Shown one piece after another: positions 9,220-17,659 of a stretch of 30,137 nucleotides of DNA. This DNA comes from a virus: the IMG/VR virus record IMGVR_UViG_3300045988_103368, positions 1-30,137 of that record; one strand, written 5' to 3'. Positions within the stretch are counted from its first letter, which is position 1; every line of letters starts with the position of its first letter. A model generated the notes under the pieces. It ran no database searches. It saw only the letters and a program-made list of their open reading frames with translations, and had not been told where the DNA came from. The translations under genes were made by a program, and so were the position numbers.

Positions 9220-9867
9220 TTATACTGTCTGTGATTGTTCCTTTTTTAACTGTTCTGCCGTTGGCTTATACTTCATATCCTCAAACCACTTTGTAGCAAT
9301 TTCAGCCTTGCCCTCTGCTGTCAAATCTGTATCATCAATGTAATAATACATATCGTCATTGTTATCCGGTGTGACCGCTGTAAATGTCGCCTTGGCTGTT
9401 TGGTGGTCTACACTTCCGCTTGACGGTTTTGTTTTACCGCCAACGTTAGACGCAAAACTGTATTTACCCTTGTAGGTTCTGAAATATCTGTACGAACCGT
9501 TGTTGTGTTCTGTTCTCCACGCTACACCAAAATACGGTGCCTCTGTCTTGTTATTGACTGCGATACCGCCGACTTCGTCGACTTTCAAACCACGCCACAT
9601 AGCGTCTACCTGTGGTGGAATATCTGCATTTTCAATGTCGTGTCCCGGTTTTTCAATATATGTGCTGACTTCGTATGCGTTATTATCAGCGTCGAACGTA
9701 TCACTGTTACCACTGTCGGTTGGTGTGATTTGAACCATACCCGGCAATGTATAACCGCCACCGTAGGTTAGCTCTGTCGCTGTGTCTTGGTCAACCTTGA
9801 AAAATGTATATTTGTCAACACCTATTGTTGTCGACGGTTTTTTAACTACTGTATTTTCATTTGCCAT
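9220..9867 (-). CDS. Major tail protein (phi13/TP901-like family).
   Basis: 215 aa with a GGAGGA SD, positioned between the tail terminator and the chaperones. The N-terminus ...IGVDKYTFFKV... is typical. Confidence 0.85.
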   Translation of the reverse strand: MANENTVVKKPSTTIGVDKYTFFKVDQDTATELTYGGGYTLPGMVQITPTDSGNSDTFDADNNAYEVSTYIEKPGHDIENADIPPQVDAMWRGLKVDEVGGIAVNNKTEAPYFGVAWRTEHNNGSYRYFRTYKGKYSFASNVGGKTKPSSGSVDHQTAKATFTAVTPDNNDDMYYYIDDTDLTAEGKAEIATKWFEDMKYKPTAEQLKKEQSQTV

Positions 9868-9880
9868 TTTTTAAATCCTC

Positions 9881-10228
9881 CTAAAAATATACTTGTTTTG
9901 AAAATCTCATTGTTTTGTGTCTTACGCCGTTTTCGGGTGGCATATCTCGTGACAATTCACGATACCACCCTGCCGCCTGCATAGCCGTATCAACCTGTAT
10001 CGCTATTCGACTGCATTCACCGCCGCCGTTCGCCCATATATCTATTGATACAGCTGTGTTCTGTGCCTGTTCCGCATTGTCATAGCAAAAACCTGTTGTT
10101 GTCGTATTTTCATAATAGCTGATAACGGGCAGTTCCTGTTTTTCGTCCGGGTGATAAAAACAAACTGTGACGTCCTCTAAATTCATAGATACTAAAATAT
10201 CGCGGATAATTTTATTTACGTCTACCAT
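9881..10228 (-). CDS. Tail terminator or tail completion protein (DUF3168-like).
   Basis: 115 aa immediately upstream of the major tail protein, overlapping the previous gene. Has the ...AVSIDIWANGG... pattern. Confidence 0.6.
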   Translation of the reverse strand: MVDVNKIIRDILVSMNLEDVTVCFYHPDEKQELPVISYYENTTTTGFCYDNAEQAQNTAVSIDIWANGGGECSRIAIQVDTAMQAAGWYRELSRDMPPENGVRHKTMRFSKQVYF

Positions 10229-10562
10229 TCAGCTTTACCCCCTTTAACATCACTTGCAATCCCATATTCCAATCAGCTACATATGTGACTTCGTAGGTTT
10301 TTGTATCTGTTATCAGATACGCGCCGACCGTTATATCGGAATTACGGGGACAATAAAACACATACTGACAATCAATTTGCAGTCCGTAATCTTTTGACGC
10401 CATATCACCGCTGTACGGTTGTAAATCGCCTGTAACGGTACTTTTTTCTATGATGTCGTATGTGTTTTCGTAATCGTCGTAATTCCCTTTTACGGCGATT
10501 TTTGCCGTTGTGTTATCAAACACGCTAAATATGTTCCGATAGTTTTCGTTTGCTGATGTCAC
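10212..10562 (-). CDS. Head closure / head-tail joining protein (SPP1 gp16 / HK97 gp9-like).
   Basis: 116 aa in the connector position. GTG start with an AAAGGGG SD 10 nt upstream, so the start is somewhat uncertain. Confidence 0.6.
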   Translation of the reverse strand: MTSANENYRNIFSVFDNTTAKIAVKGNYDDYENTYDIIEKSTVTGDLQPYSGDMASKDYGLQIDCQYVFYCPRNSDITVGAYLITDTKTYEVTYVADWNMGLQVMLKGVKLNGRRK

Positions 10563-10908
10563 TTGGCAAAAACCCCTTTCGACAGCGGTACGGTTTTAAA
10601 CGTGATTCGTATTCTTTCAAAAATTCGTCGGTGTCGGTTGACGCTGACGACGTTTCAAATGATACGCTACGTTTATCCTCTGTAACAGACTTTATGACTT
10701 GCGGTGCGGCTGTTTGTCCGTACCCTTTTCGGCGGTACATTTCCGCCGCCATTTGAGGCACAAGACTTTGTAGTTTTGTCGGCACTTCGGCTGTGTGACA
10801 ATATGAATTTATTAGATTTTCCATATCATCAATCAAAAAAGACAACAAGTCGTCTTGCTCGTTGTCTTTTATTCCTAACAGCATTTTTGCTGTACTCAAA
10901 CTATCCAT
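10525..10908 (-). CDS. Head-tail connector (gp6-like, Phage_connect_1).
   Basis: Start moved to the ATG at 10908 (MDSLSTAKMLLGIKDNEQDDLLSFLIDDMENLINSY...), with an AAGAAAGAGGA SD. The basic N-terminal extension in the ORF track overlaps the previous gene. Confidence 0.8.
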   Translation of the reverse strand: MDSLSTAKMLLGIKDNEQDDLLSFLIDDMENLINSYCHTAEVPTKLQSLVPQMAAEMYRRKGYGQTAAPQVIKSVTEDKRSVSFETSSASTDTDEFLKEYESRLKPYRCRKGFLPSDISKRKLSEHI

Positions 10909-10912
10909 TGTA

Positions 10913-11089
10913 TCAGTCCTCTTTCTTTCTGCGTGTCGGTTTCTTGGTTTCTTCCACCGTTTCCGCAGTTTCTTCCGGTTCGTCCGCTGTCGGTTCACCG
11001 TATGCGACATAATACCCCGACGTCAGATACGCACGGATTTGAATTTGATTTGTCAGATTGACTGTATCAGTACCGTTTGTCAAACGCAT
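10913..11089 (-). CDS. Small acidic-tailed protein of unknown function after the capsid gene.
   Basis: ATG at 11089 (MRLTNGTDTV...) with a GAAAGGGG SD. 58 aa. Confidence 0.55.
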   Translation of the reverse strand: MRLTNGTDTVNLTNQIQIRAYLTSGYYVAYGEPTADEPEETAETVEETKKPTRRKKED

Positions 11090-11108
11090 ATGTACCGCCC
11101 CTTTCTTT

Positions 11109-11927
11109 TTATTCTGCTTTTTTGTGAACATAAATAGCGTTCTTTTTGTTGTCTAATACGAACGCGTCGTAGTAAACTCTACCCTCGACAAGCCAACCGT
11201 TAATACCCGGAGGATTGTCGTGGATTTTGTATTCTGACAACTTAATCGGTGATGTTGTTGCGATTTTGTGTGTGATGAAAAACAAAACGCCCTCCGGCAA
11301 TCTTGTTGACGGTGCAACAACAATAGGAATACCGTCAACCATACCGACTTGACCTTTGATTGCAATGTTCTGTGCAATATCACCCTGCTTGATGAATGAA
11401 TCATCTTGCTTGATTAATTTGAAAAATTCAGTTGATACAATCGCTACTTTTCCCTCCGGTACGTTCTTTTCGATTAGAAAACTTGTACCGTCCAAAAATG
11501 CACTGTACGCATTTTCTTTTGTGATTGCTCCTGTTGCTGTTTGTCCTGCACTTGCGCAGATTTTTGCAAATCTGTATGTATCAATTTCCGGTACGATAAC
11601 CTCTCTGATTTGACGTTGTAGGGCTGAACCTGCACTGTTTATCATTTGTGTATCGTTGTAGTTTCCTCTGTCGATTGTGAACGTAAAACTTCTGTCTTGG
11701 TTCATTGTCAGTTCCTGTACGGTGTTCTCTAATTCCTTTGGTGTTCCGTAACGGTTTGAACCCTCTTTTGTGTAGTCGTTCATTGCCGCAGTAGGTACAG
11801 AATACACGTTTACTGTTTTAACACCGACAAAATCAAAATTTTGGTTTACAACGGCATTTGACATTGACTCTTTTGAAAATCTTTCGTCAATCGCCTTTGC
11901 GTATTTGCTTGCGTAATTAATAGCCAT
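11109..11927 (-). CDS. Major capsid protein.
   Basis: 272 aa directly after the DUF4355-type scaffold gene, with an AAAGGAAG SD. The N-terminus MAINYASKYAKAIDERFSKES... is typical of the capsid family paired with such scaffolds. Confidence 0.85.
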   Translation of the reverse strand: MAINYASKYAKAIDERFSKESMSNAVVNQNFDFVGVKTVNVYSVPTAAMNDYTKEGSNRYGTPKELENTVQELTMNQDRSFTFTIDRGNYNDTQMINSAGSALQRQIREVIVPEIDTYRFAKICASAGQTATGAITKENAYSAFLDGTSFLIEKNVPEGKVAIVSTEFFKLIKQDDSFIKQGDIAQNIAIKGQVGMVDGIPIVVAPSTRLPEGVLFFITHKIATTSPIKLSEYKIHDNPPGINGWLVEGRVYYDAFVLDNKKNAIYVHKKAE

Positions 11928-11949
11928 ATTTTTTACTTCCTTTCTTTGT

Positions 11950-12501
11950 TTAGTTGATAAATCCCGCTAAAAACGGGTCATTTCCGCCCTCGTCGCCCGG
12001 CGGGTCTACCTTTGGCGGTTTGCCTTTCATTCGTTCGCTGACTGCCTTTTCTACCGCCGCATTGAAATCCTTTTCAAATGCGTCAATGTTCGCTTTGGTT
12101 TCTTCCGCAGTCTTACCGCACAAACGCTCGGCAAAATTCTTGGACAATCCACGTTCTAACAGTTGATTAGCAGTTTCGGCAACTAACTGCTTTTGTGCAA
12201 ATTCAGATTTTTCCTTTTCAAACTTTTCACGTTCGATACGCATTTCTTCCTTTGCTCTGTCGTCCTTGTTCAGCTTTGCCAGTCTTGCCGCCTCGTCCGC
12301 GTCTTCTTTCCATTTCTTTTGTGCCTCTTCAACAGCTTTCTTTGTGGCCGCGTCAATATCTTCTTGCGAAAATGTCTTTGCAGGCTCCGCAGACGGTTCG
12401 CCTTTAGGCTCGTTCTTTGGTTCACCGTTTGGCTCGCTGTTTGGCTCGCTCTTTGGTTCACCGTTTGGCTCGCTGTTTGGCTCTTTAATTGGTTCTTCCA
12501 T
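11950..12501 (-). CDS. Capsid scaffolding protein (DUF4355-like) with an N-terminal EPNx/EPKx repeat.
   Basis: Charged helical protein (...FSQEDIDAATKKAVEEAQKKWKEDADEAARLAKL...) immediately upstream of the capsid gene. Confidence 0.8.
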   Translation of the reverse strand: MEEPIKEPNSEPNGEPKSEPNSEPNGEPKNEPKGEPSAEPAKTFSQEDIDAATKKAVEEAQKKWKEDADEAARLAKLNKDDRAKEEMRIEREKFEKEKSEFAQKQLVAETANQLLERGLSKNFAERLCGKTAEETKANIDAFEKDFNAAVEKAVSERMKGKPPKVDPPGDEGGNDPFLAGFIN

Positions 12502-12664
12502 TGATTAAATCAATCCTTTCTTTTAAATTTTGGTATAAAAATAGAACCTTTTAATGTCTTGTTCAGGACAATGCTTAACCCTGCACGGGAGATATTCGGA
12601 CCACTACTCCTTTCTGCTATGTGTATGTTGTGCCTATTCTCACACTATCACCACCTTTCAAAAT

Positions 12665-12682
12665 CTCAATTAATTGGGATTT
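12665..12682 (-). repeat. Copy 2 of the 18-nt junction motif (plus-strand text CTCAATTAATTGGGATTT).
   Basis: Lies 6 nt after terminator 12689-12717. It is followed at the canonical 19 nt by an SD-like AAAGGTGG plus GTG, which closes at once (GTG TGA). Confidence 0.75.
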
Positions 12683-12688
12683 TCGCAT

Positions 12689-12717
12689 AAAAAAAGCACG
12701 TCTGCAAACGTGCTTTT
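12689..12717 (-). terminator. Intrinsic terminator after the MuF / small-ORF pair.
   Basis: Minus-strand AGCACG-TTTGCAGA-CGTGCT followed by T7. Confidence 0.8.
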
Positions 12718-12731
12718 AGCTTAATTGTATT

Positions 12732-13019
12732 TTATTCTACCTCTCTGATTTTGGTTAATGCTTCTTTTGTCAATCTCTTCTTCTCGTTTCTATCCGGTTC
12801 AATAAAACCTACATTCAAATCTTTAAAATCATAATTACCACTTATATCAATCGAAAATGGTGGTCCACCAAAGCATTTTGTTGCCATATACTCTTTACCT
12901 TCTATGATTACTCCGTCGAAAAAAAGTGGAATCGTATTATTAAAACGTAAGAATGTATGTCCCATAAAGTTCCAACATTGCTCTGCTGTTACATATTTCA
13001 TAACTGTTACATATTTCAT
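12732..13019 (-). CDS. Unknown 95-aa (or 89-aa) protein directly after the MuF gene; candidate immunity partner.
   Basis: ORF starting 8 nt after the MuF stop. Two in-frame ATGs (13019 and 13001) were created by an 18-bp tandem duplication. No family recognised. Confidence 0.6.
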   Translation of the reverse strand: MKYVTVMKYVTAEQCWNFMGHTFLRFNNTIPLFFDGVIIEGKEYMATKCFGGPPFSIDISGNYDFKDLNVGFIEPDRNEKKRLTKEALTKIREVE

Positions 13020-13026
13020 AACTTTT

Positions 13027-14712
13027 TCACTCGCTTTCTCCTAAAAGTTTTTCATATATTTTTAACTGCTTTTGTGTTATTTCCGTTTCATTTCGCGGTA
13101 TATTATACTTGTCCACTACACCCAATAACCACTTTTTCGCATCAATTTCATTCAGCAGTTCACGTTTGGGTTTTCCAACGTTTAATTCAATTAAGTTCTG
13201 CTTGAAATGATATGTTTCCTCCAACACTTCACTTACACATACATTATCTCTGAATAAAATAGTATCACCAATTATTGCTGCAGCAGCACCTTGTTTATCT
13301 AAATGTTTATTAACTTCTTCACCACCGCGAATAATAATAGCTCCATTCTTTCGTGCCTCTATTGTAAGTTGATTAAATCGCTCGTCACTAATAAAGTGAA
13401 GTTTTTCTCTTGCTTTTTCTTCTGCTGTTAGTTTCCGAAATTGTTCTTCCTCTACTTTTATTATACCACGTTTTTCACTATTTGCAACAGATATTTTACT
13501 TCTGTACAGGCTTTTTAATTCGTTGTATTTCTCACTGTCATTATACTTCAATTCCTGCCATTTGTCAAAACTTCTCGGTACTTCTTTCGTGCCTAATACT
13601 TTGACATATTTAGTGTGTTGCAATTTGTCTGATGTCTTGTTACTGTCTTTACGTTTTGATAGCTTTAAAGCCGTTTTCTGCTCGTCTGACAGGCTGTTGT
13701 ACCATTCTTGATATGTGACTGAACCGTCTACAATATCATTTTTACCCGTCAGCGGGTCCCTTGCTCGACGATTTTTTAAATCTACCGCAATAGTTGTTGT
13801 ACAACGACATAACGGGTGCAATACAGGATAGTTGTATCCCTCTCTCGCCTCCGACAGCGGCAACACCATATTGTCCCACTGTTGACACCGTTCACACGTT
13901 CTATAGTCCAATGTTGCTAAATATCTGTATTGCTCTGCCCCTATGTCCTCATACGCCTTTAAATCAGACATTGCGTGGATATGTGAACTCTCGGTATGTA
14001 TTAACCTTGTGGCATTGTATTTCTCGACTTGGAACGCCGTAGACAGTTTCTCGGCTGTCTTGCTCCACGCCTCACCCGACATCAGTGACTTGACAACTAA
14101 ATTCTGCGCCGTTGTTGCCAACCTGTCAGTATTATCCCACACACGCTCCGAAAACTGTTTGCCGTGCCATTTTGTACTTACCGCCGCATTTATCGCATTT
14201 TCATTCAATATAGCAAAATTAATACCGACATCAAACTGTTTTGCGCTGTCGTCTATAACTCCGTAATAGCTTTCCTTGTACACCGCTTGCAGCCGCTCTG
14301 ACAGTTTCTCTATTTCCTTTACGGCTACTTTTTTTATTCGGGCATATATAACGGCTTTGACCGCCTCATAACGTTCTTTACGTGCGGCATAGGCTCTGAC
14401 AGATAGTCCGTCACGTCTAATATATGCTAAAATATCTTGTCGCGCCTGTTCGTCGGGTGCGTATTCCAACGATTTTATCAGTGTTTTTAAATTATCTTCC
14501 TGTTGTGCCTGCGTCAAGAAATATTCTGCGGTTTCGTTGTCAATGCCGAAACGCTTTTGAAAATTGATTTTGATTTTCTGTATTTCTGTATCTATATCCG
14601 ACAGTGCCTCGTCGTATAGTTTTAGGATTTCTTCACCTGTGTAGTTCGTTCCTGTCTGTACGGCTATTTCTCTGCGCAGTGCGGCGTCGTTCCAGTATTC
14701 CTCACTTTTCAT
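13027..14712 (-). CDS. Head morphogenesis protein, SPP1 gp7 / Mu F family, with an extra C-terminal module of about 155 aa.
   Basis: Mu F core ...QYRYLATLDYRTCERCQQWDNMVLPLSEAREGYNYPVLHPLCRCTT. Linker SFDKWQELKYNDSEKYNELK. Residues from about 405 to 561 are unassigned. Confidence 0.9.
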   Translation of the reverse strand: MKSEEYWNDAALRREIAVQTGTNYTGEEILKLYDEALSDIDTEIQKIKINFQKRFGIDNETAEYFLTQAQQEDNLKTLIKSLEYAPDEQARQDILAYIRRDGLSVRAYAARKERYEAVKAVIYARIKKVAVKEIEKLSERLQAVYKESYYGVIDDSAKQFDVGINFAILNENAINAAVSTKWHGKQFSERVWDNTDRLATTAQNLVVKSLMSGEAWSKTAEKLSTAFQVEKYNATRLIHTESSHIHAMSDLKAYEDIGAEQYRYLATLDYRTCERCQQWDNMVLPLSEAREGYNYPVLHPLCRCTTTIAVDLKNRRARDPLTGKNDIVDGSVTYQEWYNSLSDEQKTALKLSKRKDSNKTSDKLQHTKYVKVLGTKEVPRSFDKWQELKYNDSEKYNELKSLYRSKISVANSEKRGIIKVEEEQFRKLTAEEKAREKLHFISDERFNQLTIEARKNGAIIIRGGEEVNKHLDKQGAAAAIIGDTILFRDNVCVSEVLEETYHFKQNLIELNVGKPKRELLNEIDAKKWLLGVVDKYNIPRNETEITQKQLKIYEKLLGESE

Positions 14713-14715
14713 ACG

Positions 14716-15051
14716 CTACCCCGCTATTTTTCCTTTGATGATTTCTACAATGTTTTGTTCGTTCGATTTCAGTGCCGGAACTAAATACGGTTGTGCCGCC
14801 ATTTTGTATGTGCCAAATTCAACGTACATAGCGTATTCTTTGTTCGTTCCGACTGTGCCGGTTGTTCCCGACACTTCCGACGTTATGGATTTCTGTAATT
14901 CCCCCGTATCAACAGGACACAAACCTCTTGCGTCTGCCTCAACAACTTTACAACTTTCTGCGATACCCTCTGCCAGTTTTTCGGTTAGATTATTGATTTT
15001 ATCATCAATCATTGCCTGCACATTTTCCAATCCCTCAACGCTAAACTGCAT
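14716..15051 (-). CDS. HK97 gp10-family protein.
   Basis: ...CPVDTGELQKSITSEV...YAMYVEFGT...AQPYLVPAL motif set. The ATG at 15051 overlaps the portal stop (TAATG). Confidence 0.85.
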   Translation of the reverse strand: MQFSVEGLENVQAMIDDKINNLTEKLAEGIAESCKVVEADARGLCPVDTGELQKSITSEVSGTTGTVGTNKEYAMYVEFGTYKMAAQPYLVPALKSNEQNIVEIIKGKIAG

Positions 15052-16397
15052 TACCAACCGCCCCCCGACATCATATCGCTATTGTTGTTCAGTTGCTGTT
15101 GAAATTCGTTTGCTGTTTCCTGCCGTGCCGATTCCGCCTCTTCCTGTGGGTCAGTTACAAAATCCAACTGTGCTATCAGTGTTTCGGTGCTAACCATACC
15201 TTTTAGGTTTGTAATCATTTGTGACATTTCGTAATTGTTTACAGGCAAATTGTGTGTGAACACAAAATCAATCCTGTGTACAGGAACTATCGGCGTATTG
15301 TTTTTTAGGTTTAAAAAATGATTATACAGTTTAAAACGTTCTTTCAGTCCCTTTGTGATGTAACCCTCTTTGTCTTTTGTTTTCTGCTCGAACGCCAAAA
15401 TCTTGTACTTAATCGCCACACCGCTTTGGTTGTTGCCGAATTTTTCGTCTGACAAATCCGGTACCATTGATGTAGTGAATATATCTTCCTTTAGGTCGTC
15501 ACGCAGTACCTTTGTGTCCGCCTCTGACAGTGATTTTGACAAATACTTTGCGTCGCCGTACTCGTCGTTATCGGTTTGTAAAATCTTTTCGCGTTTTAAT
15601 GCTCGTGCTTGCTCGCTGTCTATTTCAATTCCTTTCAATAACAGCATAGCGTCAACGAACTGTTCTTTGTCGTTTACACGGTCCGACATCAATTTATTAT
15701 ATCCGTCTATCAGCTGTATTTGTTGCTCAAAATCGCCCTGTTTTTCCTCGTTGTTGACGTATTCTATCATAGGCACACCACCAAAGAAATGTATTGCTTG
15801 ATATGTCAATTCAAGCGTGTTCCAATTATCCTGTTTTGACTGATATGTACATATTTCGCTATCCGTGTATATATTGCAGACAATACCCGTTACAACGTGA
15901 TTGACGTCGTATGTTTTATAATAATAAACACCGAACAACGGAAAATGCGTACAATCGTCGTTATATACGACAAATGCCTGTCGCGGGTCTATTTTGACAC
16001 TGCGTGGCTGTGAATTTCCGTCCGAATATACTAATTCGTACCCTCTGCCGTATATGCTGACATTCTTCACGATTTCTTTGTCAATCGACTGTATATCCTG
16101 TTCCAAATAGACATTTATAATGTCGTCAATATTGTACCCGTCAGACGGTGTATAACTAACAGGATTACCGATTAAATATGCGGTGCTGATGTCTGTAATG
16201 TATTTTGCGTGGTTCACCATTATTTTATTATTCGCCAATCCGTCCGCCTCTCGCTCTCGGTGACAAATTGCGTGATTTCCCCTGTAATAGTTCATCAATT
16301 TTGAATATCTGCCGTTACGACGTTCGTGTTTTTCGATTAATTCGGCTATCAGTTTGACCGTTATACCGTCTTTGATTAATTCTTCGTCTAATCGCAT
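15051..16397 (-). CDS. Portal protein (SPP1 gp6-like).
   Basis: 448 aa directly after TerL with a TAATG overlap. Size and position are typical. Confidence 0.9.
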   Translation of the reverse strand: MRLDEELIKDGITVKLIAELIEKHERRNGRYSKLMNYYRGNHAICHREREADGLANNKIMVNHAKYITDISTAYLIGNPVSYTPSDGYNIDDIINVYLEQDIQSIDKEIVKNVSIYGRGYELVYSDGNSQPRSVKIDPRQAFVVYNDDCTHFPLFGVYYYKTYDVNHVVTGIVCNIYTDSEICTYQSKQDNWNTLELTYQAIHFFGGVPMIEYVNNEEKQGDFEQQIQLIDGYNKLMSDRVNDKEQFVDAMLLLKGIEIDSEQARALKREKILQTDNDEYGDAKYLSKSLSEADTKVLRDDLKEDIFTTSMVPDLSDEKFGNNQSGVAIKYKILAFEQKTKDKEGYITKGLKERFKLYNHFLNLKNNTPIVPVHRIDFVFTHNLPVNNYEMSQMITNLKGMVSTETLIAQLDFVTDPQEEAESARQETANEFQQQLNNNSDMMSGGGW

Positions 16398-17659
16398 TAA
16401 TATAATTCCTTTCTACTGCGTATCTTTGCAGTTTTGTTCTTCATATCGTTTTCCAACGCATAACGCACGGCGTCTATGGTATGGTTGTTTTTGTCCGGAA
16501 ATTCGTCTTTAAATCCGTCGTTTCCGTCCGGTTCCAATTCATAGTTTAAAAATTCCTCTGCCGTTTTCGGACAACGGATATTATCAATAATGATTTTGTC
16601 TAACGACTGCAAAAATTTGATACCGTAGTTTACGCTATCCGGTCCTTTCTTTGCGCCTGTTATGCGCAGTCCGTACCGTTTCATCTCCGCTATGCTCTTT
16701 GGCTCTGCACTGTCTGCAATAATTTGATTTTGTGTGTTCTTCTTCGTTTTTATCCTTTCCGCCGCAGATTGATTTGACATACCTACTTTGTAAATTTCGT
16801 CAAATATGTACAGTGTTTTTCGTTTTTTGTCATAGTGACATTTTACATACACAAACGGATCCGCCGCATATCCGAAGTCGATACCCTCACGGATTTGGTC
16901 GAATGTGCTGATATGTTCATCAGACAGGCTGACTATATCCACATTTGCAAATACTTCACCGCCTGTTCCGGTAACTTCGCCTAAATATTCGTGATTGTAT
17001 GCGTCAAGATTACGTTCCTTTAGGCTTTCCGCCTCCTCGATAAATTGTTCACCTAACCAATCCGGCGGAACGTCCAAATAACTGCTATGATGTTTATAGT
17101 TGTGTTTTTTATCTATTTCCAATATGTATTTATTAACCCAGTTACGTTGGGATTTGGGCGGATTGTATGAATAAAATACGACAAAATCAGAACCGCCACG
17201 CATTAACGATTGATTTATATTTCTGATTTCCTCAATACCGTTAAATTCCGCTGTTTCTTCGTACCATATGTACTTTAAATACCCTCTTGATACTTTGGTC
17301 GATTTCAATTTCTGTGGCTTGTCCGCACCACGAAACAATATTTTTTGTCCCGTTGGTTTATATACCAATTCCAACGGACTTAATTTCTGTTTCCACAAAT
17401 GCGACACACCCAACTGCTCTATCGCCCACACCAACTGTTCATATACACTGTCTTTCAGATATACACCAACTTTTCGGATTGCTACGGCATTTGCGTTTTT
17501 ATCCTGCATTATACCGTTTATAATTTCGATACTTACAAAACTTGATTTTGTCGAACCTCTGCCGCCTTTCAGCCAATAGTGTGTGTACTGTTTGTCGTGT
17601 AGTTTTTTATGCACCGGATAAAATGACGGTGCTATTTTTTCGGACATTCTAACTGCCAT
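16397..17659 (-). CDS. terL: Terminase large subunit (PBSX / Terminase_3-like).
   Basis: Walker A-like LKGGRGSTKSSF. 420 aa. AGGGGG SD 8 nt before the ATG at 17659. Overlaps the terS end. Confidence 0.92.
   Translation of the reverse strand: MAVRMSEKIAPSFYPVHKKLHDKQYTHYWLKGGRGSTKSSFVSIEIINGIMQDKNANAVAIRKVGVYLKDSVYEQLVWAIEQLGVSHLWKQKLSPLELVYKPTGQKILFRGADKPQKLKSTKVSRGYLKYIWYEETAEFNGIEEIRNINQSLMRGGSDFVVFYSYNPPKSQRNWVNKYILEIDKKHNYKHHSSYLDVPPDWLGEQFIEEAESLKERNLDAYNHEYLGEVTGTGGEVFANVDIVSLSDEHISTFDQIREGIDFGYAADPFVYVKCHYDKKRKTLYIFDEIYKVGMSNQSAAERIKTKKNTQNQIIADSAEPKSIAEMKRYGLRITGAKKGPDSVNYGIKFLQSLDKIIIDNIRCPKTAEEFLNYELEPDGNDGFKDEFPDKNNHTIDAVRYALENDMKNKTAKIRSRKELY

Noticed and set aside
10909-11010. 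N-terminal extensions of track ORFs. Examples are 10525-11010, 10913-11131, 18440-18802, 19787-20305, 22426-23043, 25641-25841, 25729-26355 and 26534-26779.
   Set aside because: The extensions lack SDs and overlap upstream genes, terminators or motif copies. They are highly basic or junk-like. Internal starts with good SDs were used instead.
12540-12660. Possible tRNA or other structured RNA in the long gap before the scaffold gene (contains GGTCCGAAT).
   Set aside because: I could not build a cloverleaf: no acceptor stem, and the T-arm does not pair. Only 3-4 bp local stems are present.
13030-13500. ADP-ribosyltransferase toxin domain in the MuF C-terminal module.
   Set aside because: IIRG could mimic the Arg motif, but no S-T-S or E-x-E elements are visible at appropriate spacing. 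The module is left unassigned.
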